Shown one piece after another: positions 11,494 to 23,091 of a stretch of DNA of 64,000 bases. The notes below the pieces were generated by a model. The model was given only the letters and a program-made list of their open reading frames with translations. It ran no database searches and was not told the DNA's origin. The stretch lies in the NCBI GenBank assembly GCA_051313645.2, contig JBNRSN020000002.1, positions 36,704,001 through 36,768,000 on the forward strand, read 5' to 3'. The DNA comes from Centroscyllium fabricii (taxonomy: Eukaryota). A program made the position numbers and the translations under genes. The first letter of the stretch is position 1, and the number at the start of each line of letters is the position of its first letter.

Positions 11494-12595
11494 ATTCAAT
11501 TCAAGTTTTATTGTCATAATAATAATAATAATTCAACTTTTATTGCCATTATACAATGTACAAGTACATGAACAACGAAATGTGATCTTGCAAGCTCCCA
11601 CGAGTCCAGCAAAGCCGCTGCGTCTGTGCGCGCCGCCATTCCATCTTTCCCTCATTCCGGCAATCTTCAGCCAACCACCCCTCCCCGGGGCTCCTTTTGT
11701 GACCTTCTGCACCTGGTATTCCCTGGTGGTCACCCATCCAAGTACTAACCAGGCCTGGCTCTGCTTAGCTTCCAAGCCTTGCCAGTGACCCTGTCCCTAG
11801 TCATTGCAGAGTACTAGTACAATACAACGAGACGAAGACTCGCCGCTCCCGAGAGCAGTGCAAATAAATTATATGCAAATTGCATACATTAAAGTACATT
11901 TTCAGGTGTGCAGGTACCGGAGTTTTTTAATTTTTTTTAAAGAGTTCAGGAGGCTGACAGCCCTGGGGAAGAAGTTATTCTTAAATCTAGTCGTGCGGGT
12001 GTGAATTGATCTGTAGCGTCTCCCCAAGGGCAGGGGGGCGAACAGACTGTGGCTGGGGTGTGTGGGGTGTTTAATAATGTTCAGAGACTTCCGTAGGCAG
12101 CGTTTGAGGTATATGCTTTCAATTGACGGTAGCTGGGTACCAGTGATTTGTTGGGCAGTTTTGACTACCCACTGCAGAGCCTTCCGGTCCGAGATGGTGC
12201 AATTTCCATACCAGACTGTGATGCAGCTCGTCAGTATGCTTTTGATTGTGCAGCGGTAGAAGTTGGAGAGGATGGCGGATGACAGCCTTTCTTTTTTCAG
12301 CTTCCTTAGGAAGTACAGGCGCTGTTGGGCCTTCTTAACGAGAGAGGAGGTGTTTAGTGACCAGGAGAGGACCAGATGTGGACCCCGAGGAACTTGAAGC
12401 TGGACAACCTTTCCACCTCAACCCCTTGGATGAAGATGGGGGTGTGTCTTCTGCTTTCAGTCCTGCGGAAGTCCACTATGATCTCCTTAGTTTTCTTGGT
12501 GTTCAGTGCCAGGTTGTTGTCGGCACACCAACCCACAAGGCGCTGGATCTCATCCCTGTAGGCTGACTCATCGTTGTTGGTGATCTGGCCAACAT
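11494..12595 (-). mobile_element. 5'-truncated Rex1/Babar LINE whose tail is interrupted by the 5S SINE
   Basis: ORF 12354-12536 [23 protein letters not shown]; tail TGCAATGAC / AATAAAACTTGAATTGAAT split by the SINE. Confidence 0.85.
11518..11802 (-). mobile_element. 5S rRNA-derived SINE (SINE3-like) with Rex1-type tail
   Basis: Reverse strand GGAAGCTAAGCAGAGCCAGGCCTGGTTAGTACTTGGATGGGTGACCACCAGGGAATACCAGGTGC matches the 3' part of 5S rRNA (box A, IE, box C); (ATT)n tail. Confidence 0.85.
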
Positions 12596-12878
12596 GTCAG
12601 CCTTGGCTTTATTGTTAGCTACTGTAACAATTTATCAAGGATGGGTTGCACCTCAACAGAGCCGGTACCAATATCCTCGCGGGGAGTTTTACTGGTGCTG
12701 TTGGCGAGGGTTTAAACTAATTTGGTGGGGAGATGGGCAGCAGGATGTAAGCTTAGAAATGAGAAACAAAGGTTATAAAGGATTGGGAGAGACAGATCGC
12801 ACTAAAGCAAGAAATAGTAAGGTATTAGGTGGGGTCAGACTAAGAGATAACGTTGGTCTAAGATACATTTACAGTATA

Positions 12879-13410
12879 CAGGTTGTGCACCGAAAATCCG
12901 TGTCCCGAATAGCCGGCAGCTTCAGTCTGCCGGCACAAATTGCCCAGACTGCACTGCGCATGCGCAAGATGGCCGCCACCATCGTGGCTTCGGCGAATGA
13001 TCTGCGCATGCGCCGAGCACATGCGCAGATCATTCAAAACAGCTGCGGGTGTTTTGAATGATCTGCGCATGCATCGCCGGACGGTTAGCGCATGCGCAGA
13101 TAATTCAATACGGCCGCCGGTTATTTTCCCCGACAGCTGAGCCCCGTGACTGAGGCGGACAGTCACTAGGCAACAGCTGTCAGCCTGAGTCCGGCTCGGC
13201 GGCAGCAGCAACCCAAAAGGCGATGGAGAGGGAACGCGGACCCGTGCCCGATCTGCGCATGCGCGCGCCAGCCAATCCCAATGCTGTGCGCATGCGCGCG
13301 ACCATTTTGCCTGGTGCGCATGCGCAGTGTCCAACCTCGTTCTCCCGTTTTTTTCTGTTTCCCGGCACGGGCCTGGTCCCGCCCGTGGCGGATTAATGGT
13401 GCACAACCGG
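12879..13410 (+). mobile_element. GCGCATGCGC-rich MITE
   Basis: TIR CAGGTTGTGCACC...GGTGCACAACCGG, TA flanks. Confidence 0.85.
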
Positions 13411-14944
13411 TAGATATATGTGAACGCACGAAGCATCGTATCAAGGTCGGTGAGCAGCAAGTGTAAGTAGCCACAGGGGAATATGATTTTGTGGCAATAA
13501 CAGAGACCTGGCTCAAAAAAGGGCAGGATTGGATATTAAATATTCCTGGATATAGGGTGTTCAATAAAGATAGAGAAGCAAAGACAGGAGGTGGTGTGGC
13601 AGTATTAGTTAAGGTGAATTTTACACTGTTGGAGAGAGAGGATGATCTGGAGAGGCCAAGGACAGAATCTATATGGCTCGAGTTAAGAAATAATAGAGGT
13701 GCAAACTCTACTAGACGTGTGCTACAGGCCACCAACTAGTGTGAAAAATATGGAGGAGCAAACTTGCAGGAAAATTACAGAGAGATACAAGAAATATAAA
13801 GTAGTGACTTTAACTATTCTAACATAGACTGGGATAATAATAGTGTAAAGGGCAGTGTGGGGGAAGAATTTCTGAAATGTGTTCAAGAGAACTTTCTTGA
13901 TGAGTATGTTTCCAGCTCACAAGGTAGGAGGCATTGCTGGATCTGGTTCTCGTTCTGGGGAATGAAGTCGGTCAAGTGGAGCAAGTGTCAGTAGGTGAAC
14001 ATTTAGGGAATAGTGATCATAGTATAAGGTTTAGATTAGATATGGAAAATGACAGGGGAAAATCTAGAGTAAAAATACTCAATTGGAGGGAGGCAAATTT
14101 CAGTGGGGTGAGAACGGATCTGGCCCGGGTAAATAGGAATCAAAGATTGGCAGGCAAAACTGTAGTGGAACAATGGGCTGCCTTTAAAGAGGAAATACTT
14201 GGGGTACAGTCAAGGGTACATTTCCACTAGTGGGAAAGGTATGGCAACTAAAGTTAGAGCTCCTGGGATAACGATAGAGATAGAAAGTAAGATGAAGCAG
14301 AAAAAGAAAAAGTTACAAGTAATCATTCTGAACCTCTTTCCTGTGTTTTTCTACAGGTATATTGCCTCCATTTTTTTGAAAAAATGCCTCCTACCTTGTT
14401 GAGCTGGAAACATACTCAGCATGGCTTTGTCAAGGGAAGAACATGTCTGACTAATTTGATTGAATTTTTTGAAGGGGTGACCAGGTGTGTGGATGAGGGT
14501 AGTGCAGTGGATGTGGTGTACATAGATTTTAGTAGGGCTTTTGATAGGGTCCCGCATTGGAGACTGGTCAAGAAGTTAAGAGCCCATGGGATCCAGGGCA
14601 CGTTGGCACAGTAGATCCAAAACTGGCTTAGTGACAGGAGGCAGAGGGTGATGGTTCAAGGTTGTTTTTGTGACTGGAAGCCTGTGTCCAGTGGGGTACT
14701 GCAGGGATCGGTGTTGGGTCCCTTGCTGTTTGTAGTCTATATTAATGATTTAGATATTAATGTAAAAGGCATGATCAGTAAGTTTGCAGATGACACAAAA
14801 GTTGGGGGGTTGGTAAATAGCGAGGAGGAAATCCGCAACATGCAGGAGGACATAGATGAGTTGGTCAGATGGGCGGAACAGTGGCAAATGGAATTTAATC
14901 CTGTGAGGTGATGTGGTAACCGTTATTAGCAACTGTATATAGTT

Positions 14945-17428
14945 ATGGGTTCATCGGACAGAACAGCTGACTGTGGTAAGATGCGCGGAGGAGGTCTGTG
15001 CATTTATGTTAACAACTCCTGGTGTACAGACACCACCACCATCGATAGTCACTGTTCTGCCCACTTAGAATTTCTCATGGTTAAATGTAGCCCCTTCTAC
15101 CTGCCCAGAGAATTCACATCCATTATTACAACCGCAGCTTACATACCACCGGACGCTAATGCTAAGCTAGCTATGAAAGAACTGCATGCAGCCATTAGCA
15201 AACAACAGACAAGACACCCGGAGACAGCCTTCATCGTTGCTGGAGATTTCAACCACTCCAACCTAAAGTCTGTTCTCCCCAAATTTTACCAACACGTTTC
15301 CTGCCCCACAAGAGGAGATAAGACCTTAGATCATGTTTACACTAACATCAAAGACGCATACAAGGCCCTCCCCCTTCCCCACCTGGGTCAGTCAGACCAC
15401 ACCTCTCTGTTCCTCCTACCAAAGTATCACCCCCTCATCAAGCGAGTCAAGCCCTCAGTCAAGACAGTGAAAGTCTGGCCTGAGGGGGCAGACTCAGAAC
15501 TACAGCATCGGCTCCAGTACACTAACTGGAGTAACTTCGCTGCAAAAGCCACAGTGGACTCACACACTGACATCGACTCCTACACCTCCTCTGTCTTGGA
15601 TGTCATCAATACTAACATCAATGATGCCACCATCATCAAACGAATTGCAATCTTCCCAAACCAGAAGCCGTGGATGGACGGGCAGGTCCGACAACTGCTG
15701 AAGGCACGCAACATCGCCTTCAGGTCAGGGGACGCACAGGCCTACAGTAGAGCCCGGGCTGACCTGAAAAGGGGCATCAAAAGGGCTAAGCACAGCCACA
15801 AGCTTAAGGTGGAGGAGTACTTCAATGTCTCTGACCCTCGGCGCATGTGGCAGGGCTTGCAGGCCATCACTGACTTCAAATCCACCCACGCTTCCCCCCC
15901 GACCACCGACTCCTCCCTTCCAGATGAGCTAAACGAATTCTATGCTCGTTTTGACAGGGACAACCACGTGATGGCCACCAAGGCCACTATCCCTGCAAAC
16001 CACCTTCCCCTCACACTCTCCCCCACAGATGTGTATGCTGTACTGAGCAGGACCAACTCACGTAGGGCTGCTGGCCCTGATGGCATCCCCGGACGTGTAC
16101 TCAGCGCTTGTGCTGAACAACTGACCGGGGTCCTGACCGACATTTTCAATCTGTCTCTGGCCCAAGCAAAAGTCCCTACGTGTTTCAAATCGACCTCTAT
16201 TGTGCCTGTTCCTAAACACGCCTCCCCAGTGAGCCTCAACGACTACCGACCCGTGGCACTCACCTCTACCATCATGAAGTGCTTCGAGAGGCTGGTCTTG
16301 GCTCATCTTAAATCATGCCTCCCATCCACACTTGACCCCTATCAGTTTGCCTACCGTCAGAACAGGAGTACGGATGATGCCATCTCAGCAGCACTACACC
16401 CTGCCCTCTACCATCTGGACCAGAGCAACACCTATGTGAGACTCCTGTTCATTGACTTTAGCTCGGCATTCAATACTATCATCCCCTCCAAATTGATCAC
16501 CAAGCTTGTTGGCCTTGGCATCGACCCCTCCCTCTGCAATTGGATACTGGACTTTCTGACCAACAGACCCCAGCACGTCAGACTGGACAAGTACAAATCC
16601 TCGTCCCTCATCTTGAACACTGGTCTCCCACAGGGCTGTGTGCTGAGTCCCCTTCTCTACTCCCTCTTCACGCATGACTGCAATCCTGTCCATGGCTCAA
16701 ACACCATTGCCAAGTTTGCAGATGACACCACAGTGGTTGGGCTCGTCAGCAACAACGACGAGACGGCATACAGGGAAGAGGTCCAGCACCTAGCAGAGTG
16801 GTGTACCAACAATAACTTGGTACTCAACACCAAAAAGACCAAGGAGATTATCGTGGACTTCAGAAGGAACAAAAAAGGCACGCACACCCCCATCCATATC
16901 AATGGGGAGGAGGTTGAGTGTGTCACCAGCTTTAAGTTCCTGGGAGTTCACATTTCTGAAGACCTCTCCTGGACCACCAATACCTCAACTCTGGTCAAGA
17001 AGGCCCACAAGCGCCTCTTTTTCTTGAGGAAACTGGCTAAACTTCGCCTATCCTCTCAGGTGCTGATGAACTTCTACCGCTGTACCATTGAGAGCATCCT
17101 TACCACCTGCATCTCAGTCTGGTACGGCAACTGTACCATCAGCGACCGAAAATCATTGCAGAAGGTGGTGAAAATCGCCCAACGCATCACCAAGACCTCG
17201 CTCCCATCCATCATTTCAGTCTATGAGAGGCGGTGCTTACGGAGGGCACGTAACATCATCGGAGACGCCTCTCATCCGAACCATGGACTGTTTATTGCCC
17301 AACGTGGCACTCGCACTGGGTCACGCTATCGCAGCCTCCCGGGCAGAACCAACAGGACTATTAACAGCTTCTTCCCCTCAGCTGTCAGACTGTTGACAAA
17401 GAACTCCACCCCGTCTCATACTGCCTAG
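14945..17428 (+). CDS. Rex1/Babar APE-RT polyprotein (827 aa; ATG lies at the LTR junction)
   Basis: [59 protein letters not shown]. Confidence 0.85.
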   Translation: MGSSDRTADCGKMRGGGLCIYVNNSWCTDTTTIDSHCSAHLEFLMVKCSPFYLPREFTSIITTAAYIPPDANAKLAMKELHAAISKQQTRHPETAFIVAGDFNHSNLKSVLPKFYQHVSCPTRGDKTLDHVYTNIKDAYKALPLPHLGQSDHTSLFLLPKYHPLIKRVKPSVKTVKVWPEGADSELQHRLQYTNWSNFAAKATVDSHTDIDSYTSSVLDVINTNINDATIIKRIAIFPNQKPWMDGQVRQLLKARNIAFRSGDAQAYSRARADLKRGIKRAKHSHKLKVEEYFNVSDPRRMWQGLQAITDFKSTHASPPTTDSSLPDELNEFYARFDRDNHVMATKATIPANHLPLTLSPTDVYAVLSRTNSRRAAGPDGIPGRVLSACAEQLTGVLTDIFNLSLAQAKVPTCFKSTSIVPVPKHASPVSLNDYRPVALTSTIMKCFERLVLAHLKSCLPSTLDPYQFAYRQNRSTDDAISAALHPALYHLDQSNTYVRLLFIDFSSAFNTIIPSKLITKLVGLGIDPSLCNWILDFLTNRPQHVRLDKYKSSSLILNTGLPQGCVLSPLLYSLFTHDCNPVHGSNTIAKFADDTTVVGLVSNNDETAYREEVQHLAEWCTNNNLVLNTKKTKEIIVDFRRNKKGTHTPIHINGEEVECVTSFKFLGVHISEDLSWTTNTSTLVKKAHKRLFFLRKLAKLRLSSQVLMNFYRCTIESILTTCISVWYGNCTISDRKSLQKVVKIAQRITKTSLPSIISVYERRCLRRARNIIGDASHPNHGLFIAQRGTRTGSRYRSLPGRTNRTINSFFPSAVRLLTKNSTPSHTA

Positions 17429-17684
17429 CCCTTGAAGATCATGAGATGCTATTATGTTCATAACCTGTTTGTACATAAGACCATAGCGAATATAACTTTT
17501 ATATAGTGTATTTTTAACGGCATTTTAACCTACTGCACTTATTGTATATACTCTTTTACTGTATATTATTATATATATGCATATAACTGCTGTTTGCACT
17601 CTGGTTGGACACACCTAATTTCGTTGCATTTTACTTGTACTGTGCAATGACAATAAAGCGAATCCAATCCAATCCAATCCAATC
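14950..17684 (+). mobile_element. Rex1/Babar LINE, 5'-truncated within the endonuclease
   Basis: Intact long ORF; 3' UTR ending TTTCGTTG...TGCAATGACAATAAAG plus (AATCC)n. Confidence 0.9.
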
Positions 17685-19054
17685 GGCGGGACTTGTACAC
17701 TGTGGGGTCAAATATACCTGTATACTGTATGTAAGGCCAGGTCAGCCACACCTCTAACTCCTCCCCTCAGGTGGGAGCTTATAGGTGAGGGCCGCCCTTC
17801 CCCCGCTCATTCTCGGCTTGAACTTGACTGGAGACTAGCTCCATTATAAGTTAATAAAAGCCTATAGTTAAGGTAACTACTCGTCTTTCTTGTCTTGATT
17901 GACAATACGTCAGGTGATGCATTTAGGTAGGTCTAACATGGCAAGGGAATACACCATGAATGGTAGGACGCTAGGGAAGGCAGAGGATCAGAGGGACCTT
18001 GGTGTGCAGGTGCATAGGTCCCTGAAGGCAGCAGGGCAGGTGGATAAGGTGGTTAAAAAGGCATATGGGATACTTATATTCTATGCCTCGGCTAATGAAG
18101 GCAAGAGCAGGGAGGTTATGATGGAGTTGTACAAAACGCTGGTAAGGCCACAGCTGGAGTACTGTGTGCAGTTCTGGTCATCACACTACAGGAAGGATGT
18201 AATAGCTTTGGAGAGGGTGCAGAGGAGATTCACCAGGATGCTGCCTGGGCTGGGGAACTTCAGCTATGAAGAGAGACTGGATATGCTGGGGTTGTTTTCC
18301 TTGGAGCAGAGGAGGCTGAGGGGGGACCTGATTGAGGTGTACACAATTATGAGGGGAATAGATAAGGTGGATGGAGTGGAACTTTTTCCCTTGGTTGAGG
18401 GGTCAATAACTAGGAGGCATAATTTCAGGGTAAGGGGCAGGAGGTATGATTCGCTGCCTATGGTCACACTCCAGCAGGACCTCGAGGGAGTGGAATCCCT
18501 TTTGGTTCCAGTACATGGCGGAGTTGACATAAGGTGCATGCAAATGAGCATGCCATCGTTATTTGCCTGCCATGCATACTTCCGGCGAACGTTAAGTGTG
18601 CGCACGTTAACCCCTTTGCCAAGATGGTATCCAGTGTACTGCGCATCAGAACTGTGCACGCACGCAGTGAATGCCATTTTGGAATTCCAAGAGGACTCGT
18701 AGAACGGGCGCTGCTGAGCCTAAACCAGGAAGTATAAATTAGAATATTCGATTCAATGTAAAATCAAGCATAGAAAGTAAAAATAAAGAGAGAGAGATAA
18801 AAATCTTCAACAATAATTAAAGTCAGAAGGAATGAGACTCCACACATGTAAACATTAATTTTCAGTGCCAGAGAAGTTGTTTGGCAGTGATAAAGATTTT
18901 TCATGCTGCTAAAACTTCACTTACACCTGAATGCACAAGCCCTAACTTTTTCTGGCATGTTTAGAGGGGAACGAGTGGGTAAGTACAACAATGTCATGCC
19001 CTTACAAAATCAAAATACTGTGCGTCGTAGAACACGACTTCCTAAATAGCCTAT

Positions 19055-19762
19055 TGGTGAGACCGCACCTGGAATACTGCGTACAGTTTTGGTGTCCATA
19101 CTTAAGAAAGGACATACTCGCTCTCGAGACAGTACATAGAAGGTTCACTCGGTTAATCCCAGGGATGAGGGGTTGGACATATGAGGAGAGATTGAGTAGA
19201 TTGGGACTCTACTCATTGGAGTTCAGAAGAATGAGGGGATATCTTATTGAAACATATAAGATTGTGAAGGGGTTGGATCGGGTGGATGCGGGGAAGATGT
19301 TCCCAATAATGGGTGAAACTAGAACTAGGGGGCATAAACTTAGAATAAGGGGCTGCTCTTTCAAAACTGAGATGAGGAGAAACTACTTCACTCAGAGGGT
19401 GGTAGGTCCATGGAACATGCTGCCCCAAAAAGCTGTAGAAGCTACATCATTACATAAATTTAAAACAGAAATAGACAGTTTCCTAGTAGTAAAAGGGATT
19501 AAGGGTTACGGGGAGCGGGCAGGAATTTGGACATGATTCTAGGTTCAGATCGGTCATGGCCCTGTGGGTAGTGGAGCGGGCCCAGGGACTGTGTAGCCTG
19601 ATCCTGCTGCTATTTCATGTGTCTAATTCTGTTAGATGCAGGAGATGCTTCTGTGATAGTAAGTTGGTTGTTAGGATCAGATCAGCCATGATCTTATTGA
19701 ATGGCGGAGCAGGCTCGAGGGGCCGATTGGCCTACTCCTGCTCCTATTTCTTATGTTCTTAT
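19055..19762 (+). mobile_element. CR1 3' fragment
   Basis: VRPHLEYCVQFW..YEERL; tail TTCTTATGTTCTTATG. Confidence 0.85.
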
Positions 19763-19764
19763 GA

Positions 19765-19990
19765 AGAGTTACTGGTCGGTCTTCTAAACAACCTCGGAAC
19801 AGTTACTGGTCGGCCAGCGGAGGGCATCGACCAGGGAGTATAAATACTGGGTCCTGAGCCTCAGTTTAGACAGAGACACTCCAGAACGAAGAGGTTAGTA
19901 ACTGTGAACTAGCTCGCTCTCTTTGTTTTGTTATAAGTTGAATAAAGCCATGCTTTATGTTCACTAAGAGCTTGGTAAATTTTTATTACA
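19765..19990 (+). mobile_element. Probable partial LTR
   Basis: TATAAATA, AATAAA, ends TTACA; no TSD found. Confidence 0.35.
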
Positions 19991-20369
19991 TCACTGTGGA
20001 TGCTGGAAATCTGAAATAAAAACCAGGAATAAAATACTGCTGAGTATTTCCAGCATTTTCAATTTCACACCATTCATGTATTTTAATGCCAAGGCTCTCG
20101 GCGAGGTAGCAACTTCCTGATTTCCGCGTTTATCTGTGCATGTGCAGACGCCAGATGTTGTTGTCCAATTTACTCCATAATAATGGTGAGCTGATTATTC
20201 GCAACACAAAATCTAGGTCTGTATGTTTATAGACCAGAAAGAGAGAAAAAAAGTTTGTTGTTGATTATCTGAATTAAAAATCTTTAACATCCTCTGCATG
20301 TTTCTTTTTTTTTTTTTATAAAAGGAACATAGGTGGTAATATGCCCCCTTTAAAAGCACAAATAAATCA

Positions 20370-21303
20370 CCGAATCATACAGCACAGGAGGCCATTCGGC
20401 CCATTGTGCCTGTGCTGGCTCTTTGGTAGAGCGATCCAATTAATCCCATTCACCTGTTCGTTCCCCACAGCCCTGTTAAAAAGAATTTGCTTGAATTATT
20501 TATCCAATTCTCTTTTGAATGTTACTATTGGATCTGCTTCCACCAGCCATTCAGGCAATACATTCCAGATCACAACTCGGTGTTAAAAAATGTTTCCTCA
20601 TCTCTCCTCTGGTTCTTTTGCCAATCACCTTAAATCTCCCCCTCCAGCCACTGGAAGCAGTTTATCCTTATTTACTCTATCAAGACCATTCATCATTTTG
20701 AAATCCTCTATCAAACCTTCTCTGCTCTCAGGAGATCAACTCTAGCTTCTCCAGTCTCTCCACATAACTGAAGTCACTCATCATTGGTACCATTCTAGTA
20801 GATTTCTTCTACACTCTCCCCAAGACCTTGACATCTTTCCTAAAAGTGTGATGACGAATATTGAACACAATACTCCAAGCTAAGGCCTGGCCAGTGTTTC
20901 GCATAACTTACTCGCTTATGTGCTCTAATCCACTATTAATAAAGCCAAGGATCCTACATGCCCAACAGCCTTCTCAACTTGTCCCACCACTATCAAGGTT
21001 TTGTGCAAGAATATAAGAAATAGGAGCAGAAGGAACCATCGAGCCTGCTCAGCCATTCAATAAGATTGGGGCTGATCTTCTGCCTCAACTCCATTTTCCC
21101 GCCCTATCCCCATATCGCCAGGTTCATACACCAACCCCCCTCCCCCACCCCGCCGCCCAGGTCGCTCTGTTCCTGCACCCCCTTTAAAATTGTGCCATTT
21201 AGTTTATATTGCCTCCCCTCATTCTTCCTCCCAACATGCATCACTTCACACTTCATGGTGTTAAATTTAATCTGCCATGTGTCTGCCCATTTTACCTGTC
21301 TGT
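20370..21303 (-). mobile_element. Old CR1 3' fragment
   Basis: WADTWQIKFNTMKCEVMH in ORF 21104-21379; CR1-like 3' end near 20370. Confidence 0.7.
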
Positions 21304-21700
21304 CATAGAAACATAGAAGATAGGAGCAGGAGTAGGCCATTCGGCCCTTCGAGCCTGCTCCACCATTCAATGAGATCATGGCTGATCATCCAAACCCAGC
21401 ACCCTATCCCTGCCTTCTCCCCATATCCCTCGATCCCTATCGAGCCTGCACCAACACATATCCCACCCTATCCCCGTAACCCCACATATTCAATCCCCCT
21501 AACACTAAGGGTCAATTTATCATGGCCGATCAACCTAACCCGCACATCTTTGGACTGTAGGAGGAAACCGGAGCACCCGGAGGAATCCCACGCAGACACG
21601 GGGAGAATGTGCAAACTCCACACAGATAGTCACCCGAGGCTGGATTTGAACCTGGGTCTCTAGTGCTGTAAGGCAACAGTGCTAACCACTATGCCACCCT
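21304..21700 (-). mobile_element. HE1-type V-SINE
   Basis: tRNA head, V domain, CR1 tail. Confidence 0.9.
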
Positions 21701-22129
21701 GTCGATGACCTCTTGAAATCTGTTACTATCCTCCTCAATAATTTAACCACTATTTGTCTAGAAACAGAAACTTTATTCCGCACCCCTTGTCCACTTTCAA
21801 GAAAGATTCAGGAAATGCTACTCAACTGAAATTTGAAAATGATTAGATATCATAATCTAATTACAAGCACATCTTGAAAAAAAAATGATAGATCAATTGC
21901 TATTAGAAAGTGGGTAGCAAAATACAGTTAAATTTAATTATCTTATTTTTAACTGAAGAACATCAGTGGATTAAGCAACTTAGCTATGGTATGATTTTGA
22001 CCAGACAAGATGAATACTATACTTCAGATAATTAGATCAGATAATTAGATCAAAAAATACTGAACTCGATCATTTCTTTTAGGCAGTCACTGATGTAATC
22101 ATTCACAAGGAGTCAGTATGCAAATAGAG

Positions 22130-22520
22130 AATAGAAACATAGAAACATAGGAGATCGGAGCAGGAGTCGGCCATTCGGCCCTTCGAGCCTGCTCCGCCAT
22201 TCAATGAGATCATGGCTGATCATCCAAACCCAGTACCCTGTCCCTGCCCTCTCCCCATATCCCTCGATCCCTATCGAGCCTGCACCGACACACATCCCAC
22301 CCTATCCCGGTAACCCCACATATTCAATCCCCCTAACACTAAGGGTCAATTTATCATGGCCAATCAACCTAACCCGCACATCTTTGGACTGTGGGAGGAA
22401 ACCCACGCAGACACGGGGAGAATGTGCAAACTCCACCCAGATAGTACCCGAGGCTGGATTTGAACCCGGGTCTCGAGTGCTGTGAGGCAACAGTGCTAAC
22501 CACTATGCCACCGTGCCGCC
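22130..22520 (-). mobile_element. HE1-type V-SINE
   Basis: Same family as 21304-21700. Confidence 0.9.
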
Positions 22521-22532
22521 CTCAATGAATAT

Positions 22533-22819
22533 TGTAGCATAGCCACTAGGGGGAGACACTCGGGTCTCCCCAGGATGTTAGAATCCACATTCCAGAGTTG
22601 GCCCCGCCCCTGTTTCTCCATTGGGTAGTTGGATCAACAGTTCCGGTTCCTGATTGGTCCTGCGGGCGGTCAGTCAAAAGCCCCATGAGGCTTTGTGGTT
22701 TCACGCCTTTTGTAAGTTAGTCGTGTTTAATTGAAACGAATAAAGACCTGTTAAAGCTTGCTCCGCAATCATTCGACGTTTTATTGATTTTAAAGAGTGG
22801 GGAACTGCCGTTCCCGACA
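22533..22819 (+). mobile_element. Solo LTR (287 bp) with 4-bp TSD
   Basis: TGTAG...CGACA, AATAAA at ~22739, flanked by ATAT/ATAT. Confidence 0.7.
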
Positions 22820-23091
22820 ATATAATTATTTGATGCTGTACTGCTGAACCTTTTATATTCAAATTGCAATCAAAAATTCAAGTGTGATATAGCACAGATC
22901 AAACTGTAAACATTCAGTTATTTCCACATAAATTAAGAGTTCTTGAAATTAGAGAGAACAAAATATTGGTTTTCAACATATAACTTCTTAAACAGATAGT
23001 GTTTATTATTGTATCATCTGTTAAGAAGCACATAATTTGGCAAAGGTACAATAATGAGGCCTGTATTTGGACTGTTGGGCTTAAAGATACT

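Larger units (their letters stand above)
14912..17912 (+). mobile_element. Gypsy solo LTR (TG...CA) interrupted by a Rex1 element
   Basis: Starts TGTGGTAACC, ends ACGTCA, 5-bp TSD GGTGA (14907-14911, 17913-17917); resembles LTR 43386-43678. Confidence 0.85.
12690..18447 (+). mobile_element. Degraded CR1 (ORF1 end, APE, RT) hosting a MITE and a solo LTR/Rex1 nest
   Basis: AITETW, GGGVA, LDLVL, SDH, QGSVLGP, FADD; resumes at 17913 after the nested insertions. Confidence 0.85.

Noticed and set aside
10845-11517. Short Arg/Ala/Met-rich ORFs in the MITEs
   Set aside because: By-products of GC-rich palindromic repeats; frames differ among copies
11700-11775. Functional 5S rRNA gene
   Set aside because: 5' part of 5S is missing, it is diverged, and it sits in a dispersed repeat with a LINE-type tail
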